Positions 26,041 through 36,638 of a stretch of 37,165 nt of DNA are shown here, piece by piece. Source of the stretch: a virus; UHGV virus genome UHGV-0093680. One strand, written 5' to 3'. Position 1 is the first letter of the stretch, and each line of letters begins with the position of its first letter. The notes under the pieces are model-generated. The model did not search any database and had not been told where the DNA came from. It worked only from the letters and a program-made list of their open reading frames with translations. Both the position numbers and the translations under genes were made by a program.

Positions 26041-26229
26041 ATGTCTCAAATCATGCTTTATAAGCCGGGATCGATGATCACCTGCGGCCCCCACTCGCTG
26101 GATTACATCATCGTTGATGACGAAGAAGTTAAATCTCACCTGAAAAAAGGCTGGGTAAAAACTCCTGAAGAAACCGCAACGAAGCAAAAAGTGGCTAAGG
26201 CGGAAGAAGATGGCGAAAACGAAGGGTGA
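26041..26229 (+). CDS. Hypothetical small protein (62 aa)
   Basis: In-frame ATG within ORF 25873..26229 with GGAG upstream; overlaps the next gene by 20 nt. Confidence 0.4.
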   Translation: MSQIMLYKPGSMITCGPHSLDYIIVDDEEVKSHLKKGWVKTPEETATKQKVAKAEEDGENEG

Positions 26230-26671
26230 TCTCGTTCTAAAGGCTTTACGAAAAGCCGGGCTGTATTCCAATGCCACGTTGACAGATGCTGACCCTCAGG
26301 CAATTGAAGATGCCATTAATGACCTCGAAGACATGATGGCAGCATGGCAGGCTAAAGGTATCGAGCTTGGATATCAGTTTGCTGATACAGAAAACGGCAT
26401 CATGCCGTTACCTGACGATGATTCAGGTATCCCTGCATGGGCAAATGATGGCGTCGCTTTGAAACTCGCTGTGCAAGTGTGCATGGATAACGTCATTCAG
26501 CCGTCAGACGCTCTCCTTACCGCTGCTGACAGTGCATATCAAACAATCTGTATCGCTTTAACCAAAATACCACCACTTGAGCGGCGAAATGATATGCCTC
26601 GCGGGGCGGGGTTAAAAAGCGCGTTTACGTGGAATCGGTTTTACATCGAGAAAGATGATCCGAGTACGTGA
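26210..26671 (+). CDS. Head completion / portal-closure protein (P22 gp4-position)
   Basis: 153-aa ORF immediately upstream of the gp10 homologue; assignment by gene order only. Confidence 0.5.
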   Translation: MAKTKGDLVLKALRKAGLYSNATLTDADPQAIEDAINDLEDMMAAWQAKGIELGYQFADTENGIMPLPDDDSGIPAWANDGVALKLAVQVCMDNVIQPSDALLTAADSAYQTICIALTKIPPLERRNDMPRGAGLKSAFTWNRFYIEKDDPST

Positions 26672-26680
26672 GGTGAATAA

Positions 26681-28099
26681 ATGCCGATTCAGCAACTTCC
26701 GCTTATGAAAGGTGTCGGCAAAGACTTTCGAAACGCCGACTATATCGACTATCTGCCAGTGAATATGCTGGCTACGCCCAAAGAAATACTCAACAGCAGC
26801 GGATATCTTCGCTCATTCCCGGGCATTGCCAAACGTTCTGATGTGAACGGCGTATCGCGGGGCGTCGAGTACAACATGGCGCAGAATGCTGTTTATCGCG
26901 TATGTGGTGGTAAGCTGTACAAAGGAGAAAGTGAAGTCGGTGACGTCGCCGGAAGTGGTCGCGTATCAATGGCGCATGGTCGAACATCTCAGGCTGTAGG
27001 CGTTAATGGTCAACTGGTCGAGTATCGCTATGATGGTACGGTTAAAACCGTCTCAAACTGGCCTACAGACAGCGGATTCACGCAGTATGAGTTAGGCTCA
27101 GTCCGCGACATTACGCGATTACGTGGGCGTTATGCGTGGTCAAAAGACGGTACTGATTCATGGTTTATCACTGACCTTGAAGACGAATCTCATCCTGACC
27201 GCTACAGCGCACAATATCGCGCAGAATCGCAGCCTGACGGCATCATCGGCATCGGAACATGGCGAGACTTCATCGTATGCTTTGGTTCATCAACGATTGA
27301 ATATTTCTCCCTGACTGGCGCAACCACCGTTGGTGCCGCGTTGTATGTCGCACAGCCATCACTGATGGTGCAGAAAGGAATTGCCGGAACCTACTGCAAA
27401 ACGCCGTTTGCTGATTCGTATGCGTTCATCAGCAATCCGGCAACGGGTGCGCCGTCTGTGTACATCATCGGTTCCGGTCAGGTGTCACCAATCGCCAGCG
27501 CGAGCATTGAGAAAATCCTCCGCTCCTACACTGCTGATGAACTGGCTGATGGCGTGATGGAATCGTTGCGCTTTGATGCTCATGAGTTGCTGATTATCCA
27601 CCTTCCGCGCCACGTCCTAGTATATGACGCATCTTCAAGCGCTAATGGTCCGCAATGGTGTGTGCTGAAAACAGGCTTGTATGACGATGTGTACCGCGCT
27701 ATCGACTTCATTTACGAAGGCAATCAGATAACGTGCGGAGATAAGCTGGAATCGGTTATCGGCAAATTGCAGTTCGATATCAGCAGCCAGTATGGGCTAC
27801 AGCAAGAACACCTGTTGTTTACACCACTCTTCAAAGCTGAGAACGCCAGATGTTTTGATCTGGAAGTTGAATCATCGACTGGTGTCGCTCAGTACGCTGA
27901 CCGCCTGTTCCTCTCTGCAACCACTGACGGCATCAATTGGGGAAAAGAGCAGATGATTGAGCAGAATGAACCGTTCGTTTACGACAAACGCGTTTTGTGG
28001 AAGCGAGTAGGGCGCATCAGGAAAAATGTCGGCTTCAAATTGCGCGTTATCACGAAGTCACCTGTCACTCTGTCTGGCGCTCAGATAAGGATCGAGTAA
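26681..28099 (+). CDS. P22 gp10-like head completion / tail hub protein
   Basis: 472 aa, the same length as P22 gp10 as recalled, directly upstream of the tail-needle gene. Confidence 0.7.
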   Translation: MPIQQLPLMKGVGKDFRNADYIDYLPVNMLATPKEILNSSGYLRSFPGIAKRSDVNGVSRGVEYNMAQNAVYRVCGGKLYKGESEVGDVAGSGRVSMAHGRTSQAVGVNGQLVEYRYDGTVKTVSNWPTDSGFTQYELGSVRDITRLRGRYAWSKDGTDSWFITDLEDESHPDRYSAQYRAESQPDGIIGIGTWRDFIVCFGSSTIEYFSLTGATTVGAALYVAQPSLMVQKGIAGTYCKTPFADSYAFISNPATGAPSVYIIGSGQVSPIASASIEKILRSYTADELADGVMESLRFDAHELLIIHLPRHVLVYDASSSANGPQWCVLKTGLYDDVYRAIDFIYEGNQITCGDKLESVIGKLQFDISSQYGLQQEHLLFTPLFKAENARCFDLEVESSTGVAQYADRLFLSATTDGINWGKEQMIEQNEPFVYDKRVLWKRVGRIRKNVGFKLRVITKSPVTLSGAQIRIE

Positions 28100-28800
28100 T
28101 GGCTGATTCGAATCTCAACACCCCTGTTATTGTGCAGGCGACGCGGCTCGATACATCAATCCTTCCACGCAATATATTCAGCCAGTCTTACCTGCTGTAT
28201 GTCATTAATCAGGGGGCTGATGTCGGCGCAATTGCCGGGAAGGCAAATCAGGCTGGTCAGGGCGCTTACGATGCTCAGGTGAAAAACGATGAACAGGACG
28301 TCGAACTGGCAGATCACGATTCAAGAATCACCGCAAACACAAAAGCGATAAATCTCCTTGAGGTCAGGTTAACAACCGCCGAAGTGAAGATAGTCGTACT
28401 GCGTAGCGATGTTGATTACTTGCTGGATGAGGTTATCGATATTCAGGCGCATCTGGTCACTGTTGACAAAAGACTGGATGGCGTAGAAAGCGATGTATCT
28501 GACATTAAGAGTGATTACGTATCGAAAACCGTAACCAAATTGCAGTCTCTTGCGTCACCGCTGGATGTAAAAACATCATATTCAGTTGATGGAATTCAGG
28601 TTGTTGGAGCAAGAAATACCGGATGGACTGCAGCCACAGGTACACCTCTTCTTGGCTCATTCAACGCTAACCAGTCATACACGGTCGGCACTACGTACAC
28701 ACAATCCGAAGTCGCAGCTCTCGCTACAGGTTTGCAGCAGGCGCGGCAGCGTATTCTGGCGCTTGAAACGGCACTTAGATTACATGGGCTGATTGACTGA
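28099..28800 (+). CDS. Tail needle protein (P22 gp26-like)
   Basis: In-frame ATG within ORF 27997..28800; [36 protein letters not shown]…[14 protein letters not shown]… resembles P22 gp26 as recalled; 233 aa; TAATG overlap with the gp10-like gene. Confidence 0.85.
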   Translation: MADSNLNTPVIVQATRLDTSILPRNIFSQSYLLYVINQGADVGAIAGKANQAGQGAYDAQVKNDEQDVELADHDSRITANTKAINLLEVRLTTAEVKIVVLRSDVDYLLDEVIDIQAHLVTVDKRLDGVESDVSDIKSDYVSKTVTKLQSLASPLDVKTSYSVDGIQVVGARNTGWTAATGTPLLGSFNANQSYTVGTTYTQSEVAALATGLQQARQRILALETALRLHGLID

Positions 28801-29255
28801 TGATTACATTCAAACCAACGCGAAACATCGACCTGATCGAAGCAGTAGGAAATCACCCTGACATTATTGCCGGGAGCAACAACGGTGATGGATACGACTA
28901 CAAGCCTGAATGCCGTTACTTTGAGGTTAACGTGCACGGTCAGTTTGGCGGCATTGTTTACTATCAGGAGATTCAGCCGCTTACATTCGATTGCCACGCC
29001 ATGTACCTGCCAGAGGTTCGCGGATTCAGCAAGGAAATCGGGCTGGCGTTCTGGCGATACATTCTGACTAACACCACCGTTCAGTGCGTCACATCGTTCG
29101 CTGCACGCAAATTCCGCCACGGGCAGATGTACTGCGCAATGATTGGCCTTAAGCGTGTCGGAACCATCAAGAAATACTTCAAGGGCGTGGATGACGTGAC
29201 GTTTTACAGCGCCACACGTGAAGAACTAATCGACTTCCTGAATCACGGGAGATAG
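28800..29255 (+). CDS. P22 gp14-position virion protein
   Basis: 151-aa ORF between the tail-needle and gp7-like genes; assignment by gene order. Confidence 0.5.
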   Translation: MITFKPTRNIDLIEAVGNHPDIIAGSNNGDGYDYKPECRYFEVNVHGQFGGIVYYQEIQPLTFDCHAMYLPEVRGFSKEIGLAFWRYILTNTTVQCVTSFAARKFRHGQMYCAMIGLKRVGTIKKYFKGVDDVTFYSATREELIDFLNHGR

Positions 29256-29257
29256 CC

Positions 29258-29947
29258 ATGTTATATGCATTTAAGCTGGGCAGAAAACTGCGCGGCGAGG
29301 AACCTTATTGCCCTGAAAAAGGCGGGAAAGGTGGCTCTGATAAAAGTGCAAAGTATGCCGCAGAAGCTCAGAAGTATGCCGCAGACCTGCAAAATCAGCA
29401 GTTCAATACCATCATGAACAACCTGAAGCCGTTTACTCCTCTGGCTGGGAAGTATGTCGGCAGCCTTGAGAACTTATCGTCTCTGGAAGGGCAAGGTCAG
29501 GCACTTAACCAGTATTACAACTCTCAGCAGTACAAAGATCTTGCTGGTCAGGCTCGCTATCAGAGTCTGGCGGCAGCGGAAGCAACAGGTGGATTGGGTT
29601 CCACCGCAACCAGTAATCAGTTAGCAACAATCGCACCAACGCTTGGTCAGCAATGGCTGTCTGGACAAATGAACAATTACAACAACCTGGCAAATATCGG
29701 TCTTGGCGCTCTTCAGGGGCAGGCAAACGCCGGGCAGACATATGCCAACAACATGAGCCAGATTTCACAGCAAAGCGCGGCTCTTGCAGCGGCAAACGCC
29801 AACCGACCGTCAGCATTGCGGCAGGGTGTTAGTGGTGCTGCATCCGGTGCGCTTTTGGGTGGTGGCATAGCCAGTGCTCTCGAGCTATCAACTCCGTGGG
29901 GTGCTGGTATCGGTGCTGGTCTTGGTCTGCTTGGCTCGTTGTTTTAA
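29258..29947 (+). CDS. Ejection protein (P22 gp7-like)
   Basis: 229 aa, Gln/Ala/Gly-rich with a Gly-rich hydrophobic C-terminus; size and position match P22 gp7. Confidence 0.65.
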   Translation: MLYAFKLGRKLRGEEPYCPEKGGKGGSDKSAKYAAEAQKYAADLQNQQFNTIMNNLKPFTPLAGKYVGSLENLSSLEGQGQALNQYYNSQQYKDLAGQARYQSLAAAEATGGLGSTATSNQLATIAPTLGQQWLSGQMNNYNNLANIGLGALQGQANAGQTYANNMSQISQQSAALAAANANRPSALRQGVSGAASGALLGGGIASALELSTPWGAGIGAGLGLLGSLF

Positions 29948-29957
29948 GGGGTAATCA

Positions 29958-31409
29958 ATGGCTACGTGGCAACAGGGTATTAATTCTGGTGGTTTTCTGG
30001 CTGGAATTGGTGCGCAAAATGAGAATGCGCCAAAGGCAAGCGACATTAACGCAACGCTTGGTCTGATTCGCGAAAACAATGAACTGGCTCGATCAGGTGC
30101 AAATAACGTTGGTCTGACCGCGTTACGTGGTCTGGCTGGAGTTGCTGATATTTATAAGCAGCAGCAACAGCAGGAGCGTAAAGCGGCATTCCAGAAAGGT
30201 TATGCGGATGCTTATGCGTCCGGCGACAGGGAGCAGATGCGTAATCTTATTACAGCATTCCCCGAAGAGTTTGAGGAAGTCCGTAAAGGCATGGGGTATG
30301 TCGATGACGCCCAGCGGAATGATTTTGGCAATCTGGCGCTCAAGGCTCAGGTAGCTTCGTCGCTTGGTCCGGGTGCATTTGGCAGGTTCATGATGGATAA
30401 CGAAAAGGAGATGCGTCGTTTAGGTATCCCTCCAGAAACTATTGCGGAAATGCAGGTTAATGACCCGCAGGGCTTCCAGCACTTCGCAGGTAATCTGGCA
30501 CTATTTTCTCTCGGTCATGAGAAGTATTTCGATATCAAAGATCAAATGGAAGGTCGGGATATTGAGCGTGGCAAGTTGGCAGAGACGATTCGCAGCAATA
30601 AAGCTGGGGAAGGTTTAAAGGCGCAAAGCATTGCTGTTAGCCGTGAAAACTCCCTGCGCACTGCTGGAGGTGCTGTTCCTGCATCTGTTAAAGAATATCA
30701 ATATTTCAACAGCCTGTCTCCAGAGCAACAAAAGACATATCTTCGTGTTCGAGGTCGTCCTGATGCTGGCGGGGAGAATGTTGTGCAACTGGCAGATGGC
30801 AGAACGGTAACGGTTGGTAGGAAGCTTCACGGCGCTGGTGCTAATGCGTTCTACGAAGGAATAGACAACGAGGGCAATATGATTCGCGTCCCCGCAAGTT
30901 CTATTGCTGCTCCGGCTACATCGGCAGCTAATGCACAGAATTACGAAATGAAGAAAGATCTTGATGCAATTTCTGGCGCATCAATTGACGATCTTGGCTT
31001 CATGACAGGTATTACAGGTTCTTCAGGTTCTTTTGCTCTTGGTGCAGATATTCGTAGCCGGGCATCTGGTGTTGAGGAGAGGAGGCTATACAACGCTGCA
31101 CAGCGAATCCAAGGAAAGATGCAGAATCAGGGCATTGCAGCAGCCAGAGATATGGGGGCATCTGGCATCAACACCGAAGCAGAGGCCAATAGGTATTTTC
31201 AGGGTATGCCAAAGCCTGATTTCTCAAGTCCTGAAGCGCTGCAACAATCAATGCGCGACATTCAGCAATATACCGACAATTACAACCAGCAATATAACGT
31301 TAATGTTGGTAATGGCGGGAAGAAATCATCAAGGCAACAGCCAGCTACTCAGCAATCAGTAGGAGGTAGCTACACGTCAAAATCAGGCATTCAATTTACG
31401 GTGGAATGA
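29958..31409 (+). CDS. Ejection protein (P22 gp20-like)
   Basis: 483 aa; size and position match P22 gp20 (about 471 aa). Confidence 0.6.
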   Translation: MATWQQGINSGGFLAGIGAQNENAPKASDINATLGLIRENNELARSGANNVGLTALRGLAGVADIYKQQQQQERKAAFQKGYADAYASGDREQMRNLITAFPEEFEEVRKGMGYVDDAQRNDFGNLALKAQVASSLGPGAFGRFMMDNEKEMRRLGIPPETIAEMQVNDPQGFQHFAGNLALFSLGHEKYFDIKDQMEGRDIERGKLAETIRSNKAGEGLKAQSIAVSRENSLRTAGGAVPASVKEYQYFNSLSPEQQKTYLRVRGRPDAGGENVVQLADGRTVTVGRKLHGAGANAFYEGIDNEGNMIRVPASSIAAPATSAANAQNYEMKKDLDAISGASIDDLGFMTGITGSSGSFALGADIRSRASGVEERRLYNAAQRIQGKMQNQGIAAARDMGASGINTEAEANRYFQGMPKPDFSSPEALQQSMRDIQQYTDNYNQQYNVNVGNGGKKSSRQQPATQQSVGGSYTSKSGIQFTVE

Positions 31410-33541
31410 TGAAAGTAACTGCAAACGGTAAGACATTTACCTTCCCTGATGGTACGAGCACGGAAGATATTGGCACCGCCATTGATGAGTATTTTGCTGG
31501 TCAGGCTGTTCAGCAACAAACAGTTAATCAGGCCAATAATGAACCAGCACGTGAAGAACCATCATTGATGCAACAAGCTGGCGATTGGCTCACAGGTGGT
31601 CAAAGTGCAGGACAAATTGCAGAGCAGGCTGGTCGTGGTCTGGTAAACATACCATTTGACGTATTGCAGGGTGGCGCAAGTCTGATTAATGCAATCAGCC
31701 AGGGGCTTGGTGGACCCAAGGTTTTGGATGATGTTTATCGTCCAGTAGACAGACCGACAGACCCCTACGCGCAAGCCGGTGAAACAATTGGTGGGTATCT
31801 CCTGCCAATTGGCACAGCGGCAAAAGCTGCTGGAGCGCCAGCAAAGCTCGCTGGAGATATCGGTTCCGCAGGAAACATGATTGCAGGTTCTCTTGCTGAT
31901 GCTGCAAATCAGGAGGGCGACTTTGCACAAAATGCTGCCATTAACGGTGGTATCAATATTGGTGCTCAGGGGATACTTTCTGGGGCTGGAAGGATCTTAA
32001 CCTCTAAATCACCTCAAGTTCTTGGTGGCGGGGCAATAAATTCCGCTGCTGATGTTTCGAAAATGGCAAAGTCTGGTACAGGAAGAGAGATTATTGCCAG
32101 ACAGTCAGCTAATGTGTCAGACGAAATAGCAAAAGCAGCAGATACTGCTGGAATAGATATCAACGCATTAACTCCTGGCATGAGATCAGGTAGTCGTGGT
32201 CTTGCTCAGGCGGAGGGGATTCTGGCGTCAAAGCCCGGAATTACACAGGATGCACACACCAAAGCATTCAGTGAAATAGAGTTGAAATTTAACTCAGCAT
32301 TGGATGAGTTTGGGGCTGAAGCAGGAACTGCATCAGAAAAAAGTGCAGCCATAAAACAAAGGGTTTTGGCAAGTATTGATAAAATGAAAAATTCAGAAAA
32401 GGCCGCATGGGATAGCGTCCGCTCCACGATGCCTGACGCAAAGGCCAGAATGTCAAACCTGAACGCTACAATTCAGGGTGATATTTTGGCTGGTATGCCG
32501 CTAACTCCTGAGATGAAACAATTTGCATCTGCTTATGCTAAAACTGGTAAAAAAGGAATCACGTTTGATGCCATGAAGGCATGGCGAAGTAAACTTGCTG
32601 ACGCAGAGCAGAAGTATATAAGGTCTGGTGAGGCAAATACGGCAAGGCGCATGGCGGAGCTTCGTGATGCAGCAACGGAAGATATGCGCATAATGGCTCA
32701 AAATGGCGGTTTTCTTGATGACTGGCAAAAAGCTAATGATCTGTCAAAAGCAAGATTTACAGCACAAGAACAGGCTGAAGCAGCGTTTGGTAGAGACCTT
32801 GCAACTGATCAGTTGGTAACTAATGGTTCTAAGGCGTTACAGGGTTCAGCAAAAAGTGGAACAGGTCAGTTCCATAAAATAATAAGCGCCCTACCTGAGC
32901 CGGAACGCGCGCCAGCAATTGCATCAATATTACAAGATGCAATGTCGCAAGGGGTACGCGGAGGTAAGTCTGAAGAGGCTGGAATTAAGCATATCGCGAC
33001 TATTCTTACCCCACAAAACGTGAAGGCAATTAGTCGATATTCTCCAGAACTTGGCAGGATTACAAGTTCATACGGAGAACTTGCACGAGCAGCAACAAAG
33101 CCACTTCGATATGTTGAACAGACAGGGCGATCTATGCCAGCCATTAGCACTCTTGAGAATGGCCTTCATCCAGTTTTAGAGAGCGCATTGTCTGGCGCTT
33201 TTAGAACTACTGGCACTATCGCAGGGTTATCTGGAGGAGGCGTTATTGGAGCAATAGCGGGTGGCGCTGCAGGTGGGGCAATTGATGCAATGGCAAAAGG
33301 AGCGATAGCGAAATTATCCGCAACTAGAAGCGGTCGTTACGCTATTGAAAAGGCTGTTCAAGAGGCAACAAAGGCAGTTAAGGTTGGGGCAAGTGATGGC
33401 GCATTAGCGGCGGCGGAACGCAGATTTATGGCAAATAAGGCCGCCGTAAAAGCAATACGCGAGGCACTAGGAAACGAAGAGTTCCAGCGTTTAGCAAGAG
33501 CTGGAATTGTGGCATCGCTAAGCGGAATGGCACAGGAGTAA
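31406..33541 (+). CDS. Ejection protein (P22 gp16-like)
   Basis: 711 aa, Ala/Gly-rich; last gene of the virion operon, as for P22 gp16 (which is shorter, about 609 aa). Confidence 0.55.
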   Translation: MMKVTANGKTFTFPDGTSTEDIGTAIDEYFAGQAVQQQTVNQANNEPAREEPSLMQQAGDWLTGGQSAGQIAEQAGRGLVNIPFDVLQGGASLINAISQGLGGPKVLDDVYRPVDRPTDPYAQAGETIGGYLLPIGTAAKAAGAPAKLAGDIGSAGNMIAGSLADAANQEGDFAQNAAINGGINIGAQGILSGAGRILTSKSPQVLGGGAINSAADVSKMAKSGTGREIIARQSANVSDEIAKAADTAGIDINALTPGMRSGSRGLAQAEGILASKPGITQDAHTKAFSEIELKFNSALDEFGAEAGTASEKSAAIKQRVLASIDKMKNSEKAAWDSVRSTMPDAKARMSNLNATIQGDILAGMPLTPEMKQFASAYAKTGKKGITFDAMKAWRSKLADAEQKYIRSGEANTARRMAELRDAATEDMRIMAQNGGFLDDWQKANDLSKARFTAQEQAEAAFGRDLATDQLVTNGSKALQGSAKSGTGQFHKIISALPEPERAPAIASILQDAMSQGVRGGKSEEAGIKHIATILTPQNVKAISRYSPELGRITSSYGELARAATKPLRYVEQTGRSMPAISTLENGLHPVLESALSGAFRTTGTIAGLSGGGVIGAIAGGAAGGAIDAMAKGAIAKLSATRSGRYAIEKAVQEATKAVKVGASDGALAAAERRFMANKAAVKAIREALGNEEFQRLARAGIVASLSGMAQE

Positions 33542-33946
33542 TTAGTCATCCATGGATGGATTGAGCTTATCTCGTGTTGATGTGGCAATTTTCCCAACAT
33601 TTTTCAACCAAGATTTTAAGAAGGATATGTCGTCCTTAATATCATGAATATCCTCATTCTTTATACGATCAACCTTATCCTCTAAGCTCTCTATAGAACG
33701 CTCAATGCTAGACAGAGAGATTTTTAAGTCCCCTTGCTCACGTTCCAGTGAGGATTTGAGAGCACAATATTCGTTTTCTAGAATTCCTATTTTTTTTGTT
33801 AGAGAGTGCATTCGATACTCATACACCAAACCAGAAACGACTAATGCAGCCAACAGAAACCATTCAAGCACACCAACCTCCTTAGTTTTGCTCAGGATAC
33901 CAGATGATAATGTGTAGTTGGAGTAGCGCGGTTGTAATGCAAGCAT
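33542..33946 (-). CDS. Unknown single-pass membrane coiled-coil protein (134 aa) at the sieA-equivalent position
   Basis: Hydrophobic helix LEWFLLAALVVSGLVYEY followed by a heptad-rich region; AT-rich; stop codon back-to-back with the gp16-like stop; no SD at the first ATG. Confidence 0.5.
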   Translation of the reverse strand: MLALQPRYSNYTLSSGILSKTKEVGVLEWFLLAALVVSGLVYEYRMHSLTKKIGILENEYCALKSSLEREQGDLKISLSSIERSIESLEDKVDRIKNEDIHDIKDDISFLKSWLKNVGKIATSTRDKLNPSMDD

Positions 33947-34028
33947 TTTGTTTTGGTTTTATGCTTGCTTGTATGTGTGTACAGTGTATATAATGCAAGC
34001 ATACATCACAATAAAGGTGCTTGCATTA
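33934..34028. promoter_or_regulatory. Divergent promoter region with four ATGCAAGCAT / ATGCTTGCAT operator-like repeats
   Basis: Four copies in alternating orientation within about 95 bp, with a TATAAT hexamer at about 33989-33994 on the plus strand. Confidence 0.55.
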
Positions 34029-35020
34029 TGACTGAAAAGAAAAGTGGCGAAGGGAAAGCTAAGGGCGGTATCGCTCGCGCAAAGTCGCTGACTAAAGAGC
34101 AGCGTTCTGAAATAGCAAAGAAAGCAGCGGCTGCAAGATGGAAGGATAAACCATTAATTGCTACGCATAAGGGATCGTTCCAGCATGAATTCGGGATTGA
34201 TGTTGAGTGCTATGTGTTAAATGATGATAACAAAACTGCCGTTATTAGCCAGAGAGGCATGGGAGAAGCGATTGGTCTTGGCGAAGGTGGCAGCAGGTTG
34301 CCAAAGTTTATTCAGGGGAAAACTATTTCTCAGTATATCGGGCATGAATTAAGGGCAAAACTTGAAAATCCTCTTATTTTTCAATACAAACAGGCGGGCA
34401 CGAACACTCCAGCTAATCCTGTAATACATGGCTACGATGTAACAATATTAATTGATTTATGTCGAGCAATCTCTAATGCTAAAGCTGAAGGTAAGTTGCT
34501 TTCCAGTCAGGAAGGGATTGCTAAGCAAGCCAGAATCATTATTGATGCATCAGCCAAGGCGGGCATTCAGGGGCTTGTTTATGCTTTGGCAGGGTATGAC
34601 AGAACAAAAGAAGAGGTAATTCAAGCATATAAGCGATATGTTGCTGAAGAGGCTCGTGAGTATGAAAGAGAGTTCACCCCTGAACTTTATGAGCATTGGT
34701 ATCGTCTGTATGGTATAGACAAACCAGTTAGAGGGCGACCATGGGCGTTTAAATATCTTACGATAGATCACATTTATTACCCATTAGCCAGAAGTGAAGG
34801 AAAGGTATTTAATTTAGCAAAAACGTCAAAAGAAGAAAAAGGCAGCAAAAACGATAAAATACACCAGTTTTTATCAGAGGTTGGAGTTAAGGCTCTTAGA
34901 ACCCAAATAGGTAAGGTTACTGGTATTGCAATGGTTTCTGATACTCGAGAAGAGTATGAGAAATACATAGATGAAAAGGTTATTGGACAAAGAACCATAG
35001 ACTTAAAAGATAAAGAATAA
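34028..35020 (+). CDS. P63C-domain protein (330 aa)
   Basis: In-frame ATG within ORF 33953..35020; segment GSFQHEFGIDVECYVLNDDNKTAVISQRGMGEAIGL resembles the P63C domain as recalled; Lys-rich N-terminus. Confidence 0.55.
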   Translation: MTEKKSGEGKAKGGIARAKSLTKEQRSEIAKKAAAARWKDKPLIATHKGSFQHEFGIDVECYVLNDDNKTAVISQRGMGEAIGLGEGGSRLPKFIQGKTISQYIGHELRAKLENPLIFQYKQAGTNTPANPVIHGYDVTILIDLCRAISNAKAEGKLLSSQEGIAKQARIIIDASAKAGIQGLVYALAGYDRTKEEVIQAYKRYVAEEAREYEREFTPELYEHWYRLYGIDKPVRGRPWAFKYLTIDHIYYPLARSEGKVFNLAKTSKEEKGSKNDKIHQFLSEVGVKALRTQIGKVTGIAMVSDTREEYEKYIDEKVIGQRTIDLKDKE

Positions 35021-35026
35021 GAAAAT

Positions 35027-35050
35027 CCCACCGTCAGGTGGGTTTTTTAT
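35027..35050 (+). terminator. Rho-independent terminator after the P63C gene
   Basis: Hairpin CCCACC-GTCA-GGTGGG followed by TTTTTTAT. Confidence 0.8.
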
Positions 35051-35061
35051 AAGGAGTAATC

Positions 35062-35247
35062 ATGACCATAGAAGAACGTCTGAACAACATTGAGTTGAAT
35101 CAAACCCTGCTTGACCAGCGACTTTCAGATCTTGAGCTTAAAGATCTAGATGTGCAAATATCAGAAGCAGAAGCCAAGCTCTCCAGCTTAAACCACCGCA
35201 GGAAGCAAATCCGCGACAGAATTACTCGTGGACGCGGAGGCTGTTAA
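35062..35247 (+). CDS. Hypothetical small coiled-coil protein (61 aa)
   Basis: ATG 6 nt after AAGGAG; heptad-like sequence. Confidence 0.45.
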   Translation: MTIEERLNNIELNQTLLDQRLSDLELKDLDVQISEAEAKLSSLNHRRKQIRDRITRGRGGC

Positions 35248-35324
35248 GGTGTGATGGTAATCCTTGCTCACTAAATTTAAGGATGCGAATCTTTCCGGCC
35301 ATAGGAGTAATCATGATTTACCCA

Positions 35325-35861
35325 TCAAACAACCCACCAGTTTGCCTGATTGGATACCAGCCTTGCAGTTTTTATGGAATTAATTATGCCATGCTCAAGA
35401 GCCTTGTTAGCATCCAAAATGGTCGAGTCTGCTATCAGGGATGCCCACCTAATATGGGTTCCGATGTCGATATTGAACGTCTCAACGAAGCGATCAAGAT
35501 CGTTATCGAGGCATTTCCCGTACTCTCTCAATCTGGCATGGTCGGCGGCTGGGGAGGCAAAGCACCATAATAGAGGATGTAACAGGAATCTTGATAATGG
35601 GTTTGCGAAACGTTCTGAGCCAGCCAGGAAAACGATATTAGCTATGGATTCAACATTGCTTATGTTGTGAGTTCTAACGGTAACAGGGAGTGACTTAAGA
35701 AAGTTATACGCAGTAAAGCCAGCGGCAGTTTCCCCTCCCTGACTTGATATATGGATATTTAATTCAGTTGCGCCTTGAGATAATGCGGTGAGACAGTGGT
35801 TCTGAAGTTGCCCAACAGTGGCAGTGTTAACGGGGCATAAGAAATGAATTGTGTGCAGCAT
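35325..35861 (-). CDS. ClpP-like serine peptidase (178 aa)
   Basis: ClpP/S14-like topology: oxyanion-hole-like HISSQGGETAAG, candidate Ser in NVESIAN, His in LLHPLL, Asp in DNDLDRF; start overlaps the mnt-like stop. Confidence 0.55.
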   Translation of the reverse strand: MLHTIHFLCPVNTATVGQLQNHCLTALSQGATELNIHISSQGGETAAGFTAYNFLKSLPVTVRTHNISNVESIANIVFLAGSERFANPLSRFLLHPLLWCFASPAADHARLREYGKCLDNDLDRFVETFNIDIGTHIRWASLIADSTILDANKALEHGIINSIKTARLVSNQANWWVV

Positions 35862-36109
35862 TATTTTTCATCCTTACCATACATGGTCTTTAGCGTCTCA
35901 AGCAGCGCCTCTTTGAATTTGTCAGCTTCTTGCTGAGCAAATGACTCAACTGACTTTGGCGACCTATCTTCATCAATCGCGGCTTGCAAAATCATGACGA
36001 TCTCGGAGTTAACAGAGCGACCATTTTTTGATGCTCTGACAGCAAGAGCCTCGCGTAAAGATTCAGGGATTCTTACCGTAGTTGGAGAAATTGACACACC
36101 CTTTGCCAT
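35861..36109 (-). CDS. mnt: Mnt-like ribbon-helix-helix repressor
   Basis: In-frame ATG within ORF 35861..36151; RHH N-terminus …RIPESLREALAVRASKNGRSVNSEIVMILQAAI… resembles P22 Mnt as recalled. Confidence 0.65.
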   Translation of the reverse strand: MAKGVSISPTTVRIPESLREALAVRASKNGRSVNSEIVMILQAAIDEDRSPKSVESFAQQEADKFKEALLETLKTMYGKDEK

Positions 36110-36223
36110 ATCACACCTTTGGTATTCAATTTGATAGCAAAGTGTATGCAAAAAAATTTTGACTAGATATACTCACTTTGATATCTTTTGTATTCGAAAA
36201 GAGTTGTTTGTGTGGAGGGTAAC
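36110..36223. promoter_or_regulatory. Divergent Pmnt / Pant-like promoter-operator region
   Basis: Plus-strand TTGACT - 17 nt - TATCTT overlapping the inverted repeat AGATAT-N10-ATATCT, between the divergent mnt-like and arc-like genes. Confidence 0.45.
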
Positions 36224-36376
36224 ATGGAGAAAGAAATAAGTAAGATTTTGGTAAGGATGCCGCAGTCGTTAAAGGATGCTATAGGTAGCAGGGCAAAGGA
36301 AGAGTGCAGGTCGTTTAACTCAGAGGTTATCAAGCGCCTGATAGACAGCTTGAAGAGAGAGGGGGTAATGGTATGA
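36224..36376 (+). CDS. arc: Arc-like ribbon-helix-helix repressor
   Basis: In-frame ATG within ORF 36188..36376, 5 nt after GGAGGG; MEKEISKILVRMPQSLKDAIGSRAKEECRSFNSEVIKRLIDSLKREG resembles P22 Arc as recalled. Confidence 0.7.
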   Translation: MEKEISKILVRMPQSLKDAIGSRAKEECRSFNSEVIKRLIDSLKREGVMV

Positions 36377-36576
36377 GTAAAGAATGTTGTTTCTGCGGCA
36401 TTAGCGAATCAGACGCTGATCAAACATACATTTACTCTAAAGAAACAGGTCGGATGCTGTGTAGTGACTGCGTGTTGGACATCATAAGATACAAGCATCT
36501 TGGATGTTCTGCCAGCATTAGCAATATAGGTGAAGTATATGAAGGGAAAGATATAACTGATAGATCAGAAAGTTGA
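36373..36576 (+). CDS. Small Cys-rich (zinc-ribbon-like) protein (67 aa)
   Basis: CFCG…CSDC pattern; ATGA overlap with the arc-like stop. Confidence 0.45.
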   Translation: MSKECCFCGISESDADQTYIYSKETGRMLCSDCVLDIIRYKHLGCSASISNIGEVYEGKDITDRSES

Positions 36577-36638
36577 AGCCCCAACTGCGGGAACAGTCAG
36601 GGCTTCGGTTGTCAGTAAATCCGTGGAGAAAAACCAAC

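Noticed and set aside
35283-35570. 95-aa plus-strand ORF overlapping the ClpP-like gene
   Set aside because: The opposite-strand ORF has peptidase-like motifs and is coupled to the mnt-like gene; the plus-strand ORF has no SD.
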